Positions 56,034-64,000 of a stretch of DNA of 64,000 nucleotides are shown here, one piece after another. The DNA comes from Spirochaetia bacterium. GTDB taxonomy: Bacteria; Spirochaetota; Spirochaetia; UBA9216. The stretch lies in NCBI GenBank assembly GCA_963677925.2, contig CAXXYH010000004.1, positions 2,556,488 through 2,620,487 on the forward strand. The letters are read 5' to 3'. Position 1 is the first letter of the stretch. The number at the start of each line of letters is the position of its first letter. A program made the position numbers and the translations under genes. Below the pieces are notes generated by a model, which searched no databases, was not told where the DNA came from, and saw only the letters and a program-made list of their open reading frames with translations.

Positions 56034-57023
56034 ATGAAAGCTGTTTTTAAGGTTCTAATTTTTCTCGCAGGAATAATGCTGCTGGCTGCAATAGCCGGCG
56101 GCATCTTTATAAGTAAACTGAATTCTCCACCGGACGGGATGCCTGATCAGACGGTATTTAAGGTAAATAATGGCGACTCTGCCGGTGATATAGCTGTCAA
56201 TCTAGTTAATCAGGGTTTAATCAGAAATTCTGATTTTTTCAGGCTGTATTCAAGGTTTAATCAAACCTCCGGAATGATTAAAACAGGGCTATACAGTATT
56301 GAAAAAGATAAAACCACTGCTGAGATTGTTAATATGCTAGTGAAAGGTGAACAGGAATTGTTTAAAGTGACAATTACCGAAGGCTTAACTTCAACGGCGA
56401 TTGCTGAAATACTTGAGAAGAATGGTATTTGTGATTCATCAGAATTTATAAACTATGTGAAAGAGAATAATTTCGAAGGATTTTTATATCCTGATACTTA
56501 TTATTTTCCGAAAGAATATCCGGCTGAAAAAGTCGCTGAATATATGAAAGAATCTTTTATCTCAGTTCTTGAAGAAATATATCCACCCTACAGTGATTTC
56601 AATGAAGACGAACTTTATCAAAAAATAATTGTCGCTTCAATTGTTGAACGAGAATACAGAAGAGCCGAGGAAGCACCTTACATTGCTTCAGTTTTCTATA
56701 ATCGCATTGAAAAAAATATGTACCTTGGTTCATGTGCAACTGTAGTCTATGTAATTACAGAGATTCAGGGTAAACCTCATCCTGATAAAATTTACTATCA
56801 GGATCTCGATATTGAGAGCCCCTTTAATACTTATATTCACCGTGGTCTGCCGCCGGGTCCTATTTGCAATCCGGGAAAAACCGCTTTGAATGCTGCTTTT
56901 AATCCTGAACATACTGATTATCTGTATTTTCTTCTCGAAGATCCTCAGGCTGGAAAACATGTATTTTCAAAAACACTTGACGAGCACAACAGATCTTATG
57001 AACTTTATATAAAAGGAAAATGA
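56034..57023 (+). CDS. mltG: Endolytic transglycosylase
   Basis: EGFLYPDTY, ASIVERE, SPFNTY..GLPPGPICNPG. Confidence 0.93.
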   Translation: MKAVFKVLIFLAGIMLLAAIAGGIFISKLNSPPDGMPDQTVFKVNNGDSAGDIAVNLVNQGLIRNSDFFRLYSRFNQTSGMIKTGLYSIEKDKTTAEIVNMLVKGEQELFKVTITEGLTSTAIAEILEKNGICDSSEFINYVKENNFEGFLYPDTYYFPKEYPAEKVAEYMKESFISVLEEIYPPYSDFNEDELYQKIIVASIVEREYRRAEEAPYIASVFYNRIEKNMYLGSCATVVYVITEIQGKPHPDKIYYQDLDIESPFNTYIHRGLPPGPICNPGKTALNAAFNPEHTDYLYFLLEDPQAGKHVFSKTLDEHNRSYELYIKGK

Positions 57024-58774
57024 AAAGTAACGCTAGAGAAGAAATCAGTAACAGAATAAATATAGTAGATCTCATAGGACAGTATGTTACTCTTAAACGT
57101 GCAGGAACTAAATATATCGGATTATGTCCTTTTCATAATGAGAAGACCCCGTCATTTTCGGTTACTCCGGAAAGAAATTTGTTTTACTGCTTCGGCTGTC
57201 ATAAGGGCGGAACAATTTTCGATTTTGTCATGGAAATGGAAAATATGACTTTCCCTGAAGCCCTTAAATTTCTAGGAAAGAAAGCAGGGGTCGAAGTCAA
57301 TGATCGATTCGAAAACTCAGGTGATAATAAAAAACGTGAAGCTTTAAAAGAACTTTACCGGCGGGTTGCAGGCTCTTTTCATTATATTCTGAAAACCTCA
57401 GGAGAAGCTGAAGTTGCCAGAGCCTACCTGAAGCTGAGGGGCTTGACTGATGAAGTTATTGAGAAGTTTCAGATTGGATGGGCTCCGGTTGATCGAAGCT
57501 GGCTGAGAAAATTTCTGACTGAAAAAGGATATTCAAAAGACTTCCTCGAAGAAAGCGGCATTTTCTCTTCACGCGGTATATTTTATCCGTTATTCTCTGC
57601 AAGGATTATGTTTCCAATAACAAACAATATTGGAGATGTTATCGCATTCAGCGGAAGAACTCTGGAAGACAATGGTCCTAAATATATTAATTCACCTGAA
57701 ACTGAAATATTTTTAAAAAAAAGCAACCTTTACGGTCTCAGCCATAGTATTAAATCTATACGTGAAAACAAGAATGCAGTTCTATGTGAAGGACAGCTTG
57801 ATGTTATATCCATGCACCAGGCAGGTATTAACAATGCGGTTGCGCCTCTTGGCACAGCATATACCGATAATCAGGCTAATGTATTAAAAAGATATGCAGA
57901 TAAAATACTAATCTGTTTTGACGGAGATTCTGCAGGAAAAAAAGCCACCAAAAAGGCAATCATAACCTGTGAAAAAAATAATCTACTTTCAGAAGTTATC
58001 ATACTACCGGAAAAAGCGGATCCTGCCGATATACTGTTAAATGAAGGTGAAAAGGCATTGCAAAAAGTCTTAAAATCTACTATAAATAGCTTTGACTATA
58101 TTCTTGATAACGCAGCAGAAGAATCAGATATTTCAACACCTGAAGGTAAAGAAGCTGTAATCAACAGGCTTGAAGAATATCTGAACAGCCTGTCATCGGA
58201 AGTACGTAAAAACAGCTGTATGACAGAGATAGCTGACAGGCTAGGTGTTGATTTTTACTCTGTCTCAACGGATGTCACAAAAAGGGGGCGGAATCCTGGT
58301 AAGGTTTCGCAGCACGAAACTAAAACAACGAATAAGAGTACAGAAATCTCAGCAGAAATGTTTCTGATGATTGCACTGGCTTCAAACAGGGAGCAGTATC
58401 CTTATGTACGTAAAAGGATAGACACCGAAGACCTGTTGGACGGCAGTGCAAGAGGTGTCTATATAGCATTGGAAGAATGTTACCGGAAAAACCTGAATGG
58501 TTTGGAAGACTTATTCGATAGAATAGAAGACCGTGAAGTTGTTTCACTACTAACACAGAAGCTTACTTCCGGAGAATACAGTATCAATTCTGAGGAAATC
58601 ATAAAAGATACTGTAAAAAAGATAAAAAACAAAAGTCTTTTGAGGAAAAAGGAAGAAATTGTATTAAAATTAAAAAAGCTGTCTAAGGAAAATAATGAAG
58701 AGGACGAAGTTAAACTTCTATCAGAAAAGATCTTTATTGATCGCGAAATTGAAAAACTGAGGTTGGGAATATAA
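57020..58774 (+). CDS. dnaG: DNA primase
   Basis: [36 protein letters not shown]. Confidence 0.97.
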   Translation: MKSNAREEISNRINIVDLIGQYVTLKRAGTKYIGLCPFHNEKTPSFSVTPERNLFYCFGCHKGGTIFDFVMEMENMTFPEALKFLGKKAGVEVNDRFENSGDNKKREALKELYRRVAGSFHYILKTSGEAEVARAYLKLRGLTDEVIEKFQIGWAPVDRSWLRKFLTEKGYSKDFLEESGIFSSRGIFYPLFSARIMFPITNNIGDVIAFSGRTLEDNGPKYINSPETEIFLKKSNLYGLSHSIKSIRENKNAVLCEGQLDVISMHQAGINNAVAPLGTAYTDNQANVLKRYADKILICFDGDSAGKKATKKAIITCEKNNLLSEVIILPEKADPADILLNEGEKALQKVLKSTINSFDYILDNAAEESDISTPEGKEAVINRLEEYLNSLSSEVRKNSCMTEIADRLGVDFYSVSTDVTKRGRNPGKVSQHETKTTNKSTEISAEMFLMIALASNREQYPYVRKRIDTEDLLDGSARGVYIALEECYRKNLNGLEDLFDRIEDREVVSLLTQKLTSGEYSINSEEIIKDTVKKIKNKSLLRKKEEIVLKLKKLSKENNEEDEVKLLSEKIFIDREIEKLRLGI

Positions 58775-60684
58775 TGTCAGAATTGCAGACCGAACCTGCT
58801 GTAGAAAAATTAATTGAATACGCAAAGAACAAGAAAACTATCACTTATGATGAGATAAATGATCTTCTTCCGGAGAATATTGTCAATTCTGAGAAAATTG
58901 AAGAAGTAATGGCTTTGCTTGAAAAGAATAAGGTCTCGATTGTAGATGACTCTGCGGTACTGCCTTCATCAGACGAAGATCCGGAAGAAATCGATGAAAT
59001 GTTTGATGAAGAAGAGGATATTGCTGAAGAGGATCTATCGGAAGATGAGCCTGATGATGAAGATCTTGTAGACGGTGACGATGATGTTGACGACGATGAA
59101 GAAGATCTTGATGACGAAGACGGCGAAGACGGTGAAGAAAACGATGAAGAAGAGGATGAGGACGAACAGGGTCCCGGTAAAAAAAGAATCGTTTATAGCG
59201 ATAAAGATTCATCTATAGATGATCCAATCCGCTTATATCTTCGTGAAATAGGAAAAGAAAATCTTCTTACTGCTGAACAGGAAGTCGAGCTTTCCAAACA
59301 GATGGAAGAAGGTGAAAATATAATCAAGGTTGTAATTAAAAATTCAGGAATGATTATCCCTGAATTCTACAATCTGATGCTGAAAACATATTCCAAGGTT
59401 GATCCGAGAGAACTTGATCTTACAAAAAAAGAAATTTCGGAATTTCTTGCTGAGAGAAGAAGACTTACCCAGTTCTATCGGGAAAATCTAAAAGAGATTC
59501 GGCCGCAGCTTAGAAGCTATATTGAAATGAAAGAAGATATAGTAGAAAAGGGCGGTGATATTATTGTTGATGAGCAGCTGTCAAAGAAACGTAAGACTAT
59601 GCTGAAAAAAATACAGGCAATTGATATCCACCAGGAAGAAATTTTGTATTTTTCAGATCGTTTTACTATTGCTGCTGAAAAGATCACCAAATACAGGAAA
59701 AAACAGCAGAAGATTGAACGCAGACTGCGGGTAAACAGCCTGCGAGAACTTCGAACTCTCGGAAGAGGTCTTGCTCAGACTGAAAAACGACGTGAAATTG
59801 AAGAAGATCTCTGCATGAACTCTGAAGAGATAAAAGAAAAGATTCGACAGGTTCAGGTTGCAGAGAAAAAACTCAGTCAGATTGAGATAGAATTCGAAGA
59901 AAATATTGATAGAATCATTGAAAGATCCGAAGAGATAGAACGCGGAAAAAGTATGATGAAGAAAGCCAAGGATCGCCTTATTCAGGCCAACCTTAGGCTT
60001 GTTGTCAGCATTGCCAAAAAATACACTAACCGTGGGCTCCACTTCTTTGATCTCGTTCAGGAAGGCAATATTGGACTTATCAAGGCCGTTGAAAAATTTG
60101 AATACCGAAAGGGTTATAAATTTTCTACATATGCCACCTGGTGGATCAGGCAGGCCATCACCAGATCCATTTCAGATCAGGCCAGGACAATACGTGTTCC
60201 TGTACACATGATTGAGCAAATCAATAAGGTAGTCAGAGAATCACGGCAGCTTATGCAGCTGCTTGGTCGGGAACCGACTGATGAGGAAATTGCAGATAGA
60301 CTGGGATGGTCTGTTCTCAGGGTTAAATCAGTCAAAAATGTTGCCAGAGAACCTATTTCTCTCGAAACACCGATAGGTGAAGAAGAAGATTCTCTACTTG
60401 GCGATTTTATTGAAGATAAGGATGTAGAGAACCCGGCTAATCAGACAGCATTTAAACTTCTTCAGGAACAGCTGCAGGATGTACTTTGTACCTTGCCGCC
60501 TCGTGAGCAGGAAGTCCTTAAAATGCGGTTCGGGCTTGAAGATGGATACTCACTGACTCTTGAAGAAGTCGGTCTGTATTTTAATGTTACAAGAGAAAGA
60601 ATTAGACAGATTGAAGCCAAAGCTTTAAGAAGGTTAAGACACCCGAAAAGAAGCAGACGGCTAAAAGATTATATTGACAATTAA
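58774..60684 (+). CDS. rpoD: RNA polymerase primary sigma factor
   Basis: [46 protein letters not shown]. Confidence 0.98.
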   Translation: MSELQTEPAVEKLIEYAKNKKTITYDEINDLLPENIVNSEKIEEVMALLEKNKVSIVDDSAVLPSSDEDPEEIDEMFDEEEDIAEEDLSEDEPDDEDLVDGDDDVDDDEEDLDDEDGEDGEENDEEEDEDEQGPGKKRIVYSDKDSSIDDPIRLYLREIGKENLLTAEQEVELSKQMEEGENIIKVVIKNSGMIIPEFYNLMLKTYSKVDPRELDLTKKEISEFLAERRRLTQFYRENLKEIRPQLRSYIEMKEDIVEKGGDIIVDEQLSKKRKTMLKKIQAIDIHQEEILYFSDRFTIAAEKITKYRKKQQKIERRLRVNSLRELRTLGRGLAQTEKRREIEEDLCMNSEEIKEKIRQVQVAEKKLSQIEIEFEENIDRIIERSEEIERGKSMMKKAKDRLIQANLRLVVSIAKKYTNRGLHFFDLVQEGNIGLIKAVEKFEYRKGYKFSTYATWWIRQAITRSISDQARTIRVPVHMIEQINKVVRESRQLMQLLGREPTDEEIADRLGWSVLRVKSVKNVAREPISLETPIGEEEDSLLGDFIEDKDVENPANQTAFKLLQEQLQDVLCTLPPREQEVLKMRFGLEDGYSLTLEEVGLYFNVTRERIRQIEAKALRRLRHPKRSRRLKDYIDN

Positions 60685-60699
60685 CAGAGGGGTTGCCGT

Positions 60700-61506
60700 A
60701 TGCAAACAGATATCTTCGACAAACTGAAAGAGCTTCAGGATATTCTCTCACAGAAATTTGAGATTGAGAGAGATATTCAGGAAATTCCCAAGGCGATGGT
60801 TACAAAGAATGAACTTCTTAATCGTCTTAAAAAGACATATATCGAAAAAAATGAAAAGGTAGAAGCAACTAAAAAGAAAATTGCCAATCTGCGTGTAAGG
60901 CTAGCTGAAGCTGAAAGTCTGCGGGAAAAATATGAAAAGCAGATGGACGAGATCAAAACTCAGCGTGAGTACGAAATCCTTGATAAGGAAATTAAGGACG
61001 CTACTGAAAAAGAGCAGGAATGCAGGAAGGATATTATAAAATCCGAAAAAGACCTCGAAGAATTTCAGTATCTGCTTGAACGTGATGAAAAACTTATAAA
61101 GCAGCAGGAAGAAGAACTTTCTGCTGAGGAAGAAAAAAACAAGAATGAAAGTGAAGACAAACGTCAGAGACTTATCGAACTTGAAGAAATGGAAAAAAAT
61201 ACAACTCCTGAAATGGATGAAGAGATTCTTTTCAAGTTTGAAAGAATTATCCGAAGTAAATCAGGTGTAGGTATAGTTCCTGTAAGAAAGTCTGTCTGCT
61301 CCGGCTGTCATATGATACTGCCTGCACAGTTTGTGAATGAGGTAAGAGAGGGTGAGGATATTCATTTCTGTCCATACTGCAGCAGAATTCTTTTTTATGA
61401 AGCAATCGATGCTGATGAGGATAAGGATGATCTCAGCCTCTTCAGTGATGACGACTCTGAGGGACTTACCGACCTTGAAGACGATGATGATGACGACGAT
61501 TTCTAG
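60700..61506 (+). CDS. Coiled-coil C4-type zinc ribbon protein
   Basis: Long coiled coil, CSGCHM...CPYCSRILF, acidic tail; usual position before rnpB. Confidence 0.88.
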   Translation: MQTDIFDKLKELQDILSQKFEIERDIQEIPKAMVTKNELLNRLKKTYIEKNEKVEATKKKIANLRVRLAEAESLREKYEKQMDEIKTQREYEILDKEIKDATEKEQECRKDIIKSEKDLEEFQYLLERDEKLIKQQEEELSAEEEKNKNESEDKRQRLIELEEMEKNTTPEMDEEILFKFERIIRSKSGVGIVPVRKSVCSGCHMILPAQFVNEVREGEDIHFCPYCSRILFYEAIDADEDKDDLSLFSDDDSEGLTDLEDDDDDDDF

Positions 61507-61566
61507 GTAATTACATAGTATCAATCTTTAATTGGCAAACCAATTTTGATATGTTAATATTTATTT

Positions 61567-61899
61567 GACGGACCGGATAGCCGCCCTGTAAATCAGGGAG
61601 GAAAGTCCGGGCTCCACAGAACAGGGTGCCGGATAATAGCCGGGGTGAAACTGTTTACAGTTTTTTACAGAAAGTGCCACAGAAAATATACCGCCCGGCA
61701 TGCCGGGTAAGGGTGAAATGGCGGGGTAAAAGCCCACCGCCTTTACGGTAACGTAAAGGGCATGGTAAACCTCACCTGGAGCAAAGTTAAGCAGCAGAGG
61801 GTTGTTCGCCTAATCTGCGGGTAAACTGCTGAAGTCTGCCAGCAATGTCAGATTTAGATAGATGGTTATCCTAGACAAAACCCGGCTTACAGGTCCGTC
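61567..61899 (+). ncRNA. rnpB: RNase P RNA (bacterial type A)
   Basis: GAGGAAAGTCCGGGCTC, AGTGCCACAGAAA, GGTAAAC, ACAAAACCCGGCTTA; P1 GACGGACC/GGTCCGTC. Confidence 0.96.
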
Positions 61900-61920
61900 T
61901 TTATATAAAAAGGCTGTAAA

Positions 61921-62880
61921 ATGATTCTACCTGGAGACAGATATAAATTTAACAGCAGAAAGCAATCCGGCATTCTGCCTCGTGTTATAATTATAGTAAT
62001 AGCTGTGATAGTTATTGCAGGTTTGGGCTTCGCTTTATTTAAAAACGGAATAGGAAATAATATACTGAATTCAGCGCCTTCGCAGAATAGCGAACAGACT
62101 ATTGAACTTTTATGGGAAAACAAACACTATGAACAAATTAATGAAAAATGTGAACTAATCCTCAAGGAAGATCCCATGAATCAGAAAGCCTTGATATACA
62201 ATGGCTTTTCATACTTTTATCGCGGAGCAGCACAATTTTCACTGGAAGAGAAGATTCCCCTGTTTGATGATGCGCTTATAAATCTTAGAAAAGCGCTTCT
62301 TCTGAAAGAAACTGAAATTGACGGTAAAATTAATTACATTATCGGTAAATGCTATTTTCAAAAAGGTAAGTTCTATACAGATCTTTCTATAAAATATCTG
62401 GAAGAATCCGTTGAAGATGGTTATACTGGAGAGGATACTTTCGAGTATTTAGGGTTGTTGTATTCAAAACTTGGTCAGTACGAACTAAGTTCAGAATATT
62501 ATAAAAAGGCAATTGATGAGAAACCTTCCGATATGCTTTATCTGGTTCTTGCCCAGACTTATAACCAGATGGGAAAAATTGATGATGCGGAAGAGTATTT
62601 AATCTGGACCCTTAACAAAACAGCCGATTTCAATGTTGAGCAGAAGGCAAGATATCTGCTTGGCAATATATACATTGAAAAGGAAGAATTTCTAAAGGCA
62701 GAAGAAGAATACCGTAAGATTATTGAAAAAAATGAGAAGGCTGCTGATGCTCATTATTATCTTGGTGAGATATATGAAAAAATGGGTGATACTGCAAAAG
62801 CCAGATATGAATGGCGTAAATGTCTTGAGATTGATTCATATCATTACGGTGCAAAATTGAAACTTTATCCGGTTAATTGA
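61921..62880 (+). CDS. Membrane-anchored TPR protein
   Basis: N-terminal TM, multiple TPR units (AHYYLGEIY). Confidence 0.85.
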   Translation: MILPGDRYKFNSRKQSGILPRVIIIVIAVIVIAGLGFALFKNGIGNNILNSAPSQNSEQTIELLWENKHYEQINEKCELILKEDPMNQKALIYNGFSYFYRGAAQFSLEEKIPLFDDALINLRKALLLKETEIDGKINYIIGKCYFQKGKFYTDLSIKYLEESVEDGYTGEDTFEYLGLLYSKLGQYELSSEYYKKAIDEKPSDMLYLVLAQTYNQMGKIDDAEEYLIWTLNKTADFNVEQKARYLLGNIYIEKEEFLKAEEEYRKIIEKNEKAADAHYYLGEIYEKMGDTAKARYEWRKCLEIDSYHYGAKLKLYPVN

Positions 62881-62897
62881 AGCTTTGGGAGGTCATA

Positions 62898-63935
62898 ATG
62901 GGGCTTGGTAAATTTGCAGACGCATTTTCATCAGATATTGGTATAGATTTAGGAACTTGTAATACACTCGTTCATGTAAGAGGGAAAGGGATTGTTATCT
63001 CTGAACCTTCTGTCGTTGCAGTCGAAAGAGGCACAAAAAAGGTTGTCGCAGTAGGCGCAGAAGCTAAAAAGATGTTGTGGAAGACTCCGGGAGATATTAT
63101 AGCGATAAGACCTCTTCGTGACGGAGTAATTGCTGATCTTGAAACAACTGAAAAAATGATAAGATATTTTCTTTCACGTGTCATACCTAAAAGACTCTTT
63201 GTTAAACCTAGAATGGTTATTGGAGTTCCAACCTGTATTACTGAAGTTGAAAGAAGAGCTGTAGAGGAATGTGCACTTAAAGCTGGTGCCCGTGAAGTAA
63301 AGGTGATTGAAGAGTCTCTTGCCGCCGCGATTGGAGCAAATATGCCCATCTTTGAACCCGCCGGACATATGGTTTGTGATATTGGCGGAGGTACTACAGA
63401 AATTTCCGTTATATCTCTTGGCGGTATGGTAGTAACTAAAGCTATCAGAATCGGTGGTGATGAGTTTGATGAGGCAATTATTAAGCATGTAAGGAATGTG
63501 CATAACCTGATAGTAGGCGAACAGACCGCTGAAAATCTTAAAATTAAAATAGGTAATGCGTCTCCGGATAAGAAAATTGAAAAGATGGAAATCAAGGGCA
63601 CAGATGCAATTACAGGTCTACCTAGACGGCTTGAAATAGATTCAGTAGAAGTGCGTGAAGCTCTTCAGGAGCCCATAAACGGAATTATCGAAGAAATTAA
63701 AAGTACGCTGGGACAAACGCCGCCTGAACTTGCTGCTGATATAGTAGAAAGAGGAATAGTAATGACCGGGGGCGGCTCTCTACTTAAGGGTATGCCTAAA
63801 CTGATTTCCAAAGAAACAGGGGTTCCGGTAATACTTGCTGAAGATCCATTACTTTGTGTGGCAAAGGGTGCAGGAATGTACTATGAACATACTAAAGATC
63901 TTTCAAGCAGAACGATTTATAACAGTCTCAACTGA
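62898..63935 (+). CDS. mreB: Rod shape-determining protein MreB
   Basis: [30 protein letters not shown]; SD GGAGG before ATG 62898. Confidence 0.97.
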   Translation: MGLGKFADAFSSDIGIDLGTCNTLVHVRGKGIVISEPSVVAVERGTKKVVAVGAEAKKMLWKTPGDIIAIRPLRDGVIADLETTEKMIRYFLSRVIPKRLFVKPRMVIGVPTCITEVERRAVEECALKAGAREVKVIEESLAAAIGANMPIFEPAGHMVCDIGGGTTEISVISLGGMVVTKAIRIGGDEFDEAIIKHVRNVHNLIVGEQTAENLKIKIGNASPDKKIEKMEIKGTDAITGLPRRLEIDSVEVREALQEPINGIIEEIKSTLGQTPPELAADIVERGIVMTGGGSLLKGMPKLISKETGVPVILAEDPLLCVAKGAGMYYEHTKDLSSRTIYNSLN

Positions 63936-63944
63936 TAAGAGTTG

Positions 63945-64000
63945 ATGTCAGAGTTTGTAAATTTTATAAAAAAGCATAAGGACCTAAACCTACTTATCCT
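63945..64000 (+). CDS. Start of next gene, probably MreC (truncated by window)
   Basis: ATG 9 nt after mreB stop, open to the end; identity from synteny only. Confidence 0.45.
   Translation, partial: MSEFVNFIKKHKDLNLLI

Overview
Chromosomal window of a spirochaete (Spirochaetales-like: periplasmic flagellin FlaB, bpuR-rnhB-smc and mltG-dnaG-rpoD-zinc ribbon-rnpB-TPR-mreB gene order). About two thirds is core housekeeping: ffh-rpsP-khpA-rimM-trmD-rplS, coaD-rpmF-acpP-rnc, cca, three tRNAs, RNase P RNA. The left part is more accessory: an amidohydrolase/DUF5058 transport operon, a Gld-like ABC system, a bacterial homologue of the tRNA-queuosine mannosyltransferase GTDC1/QTMAN, and a ~10 kb block after tRNA-Gly (Rrf2 quinone-stress module with a clear operator, plus a LysR/AraC-flanked FNT-MFS-amidohydrolase-esterase-DUF3237 catabolic cluster whose AraC carries an IS3-OrfA-like C-terminus). 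No CRISPR array, integrase, intact IS, prophage or defence system was seen. Notable non-gene signals: about nine apparently leaderless genes, two matching sigma-28 promoters, an ECF-type promoter beside an orphan Cys-rich ECF sigma, a terminated ~70-nt leader before bpuR, a yraN that can only start at CTG, and a 1.4-kaa barrel/Ig-repeat/OmpA protein. All calls come from reading the sequence and recalled motifs; no database searches were run.
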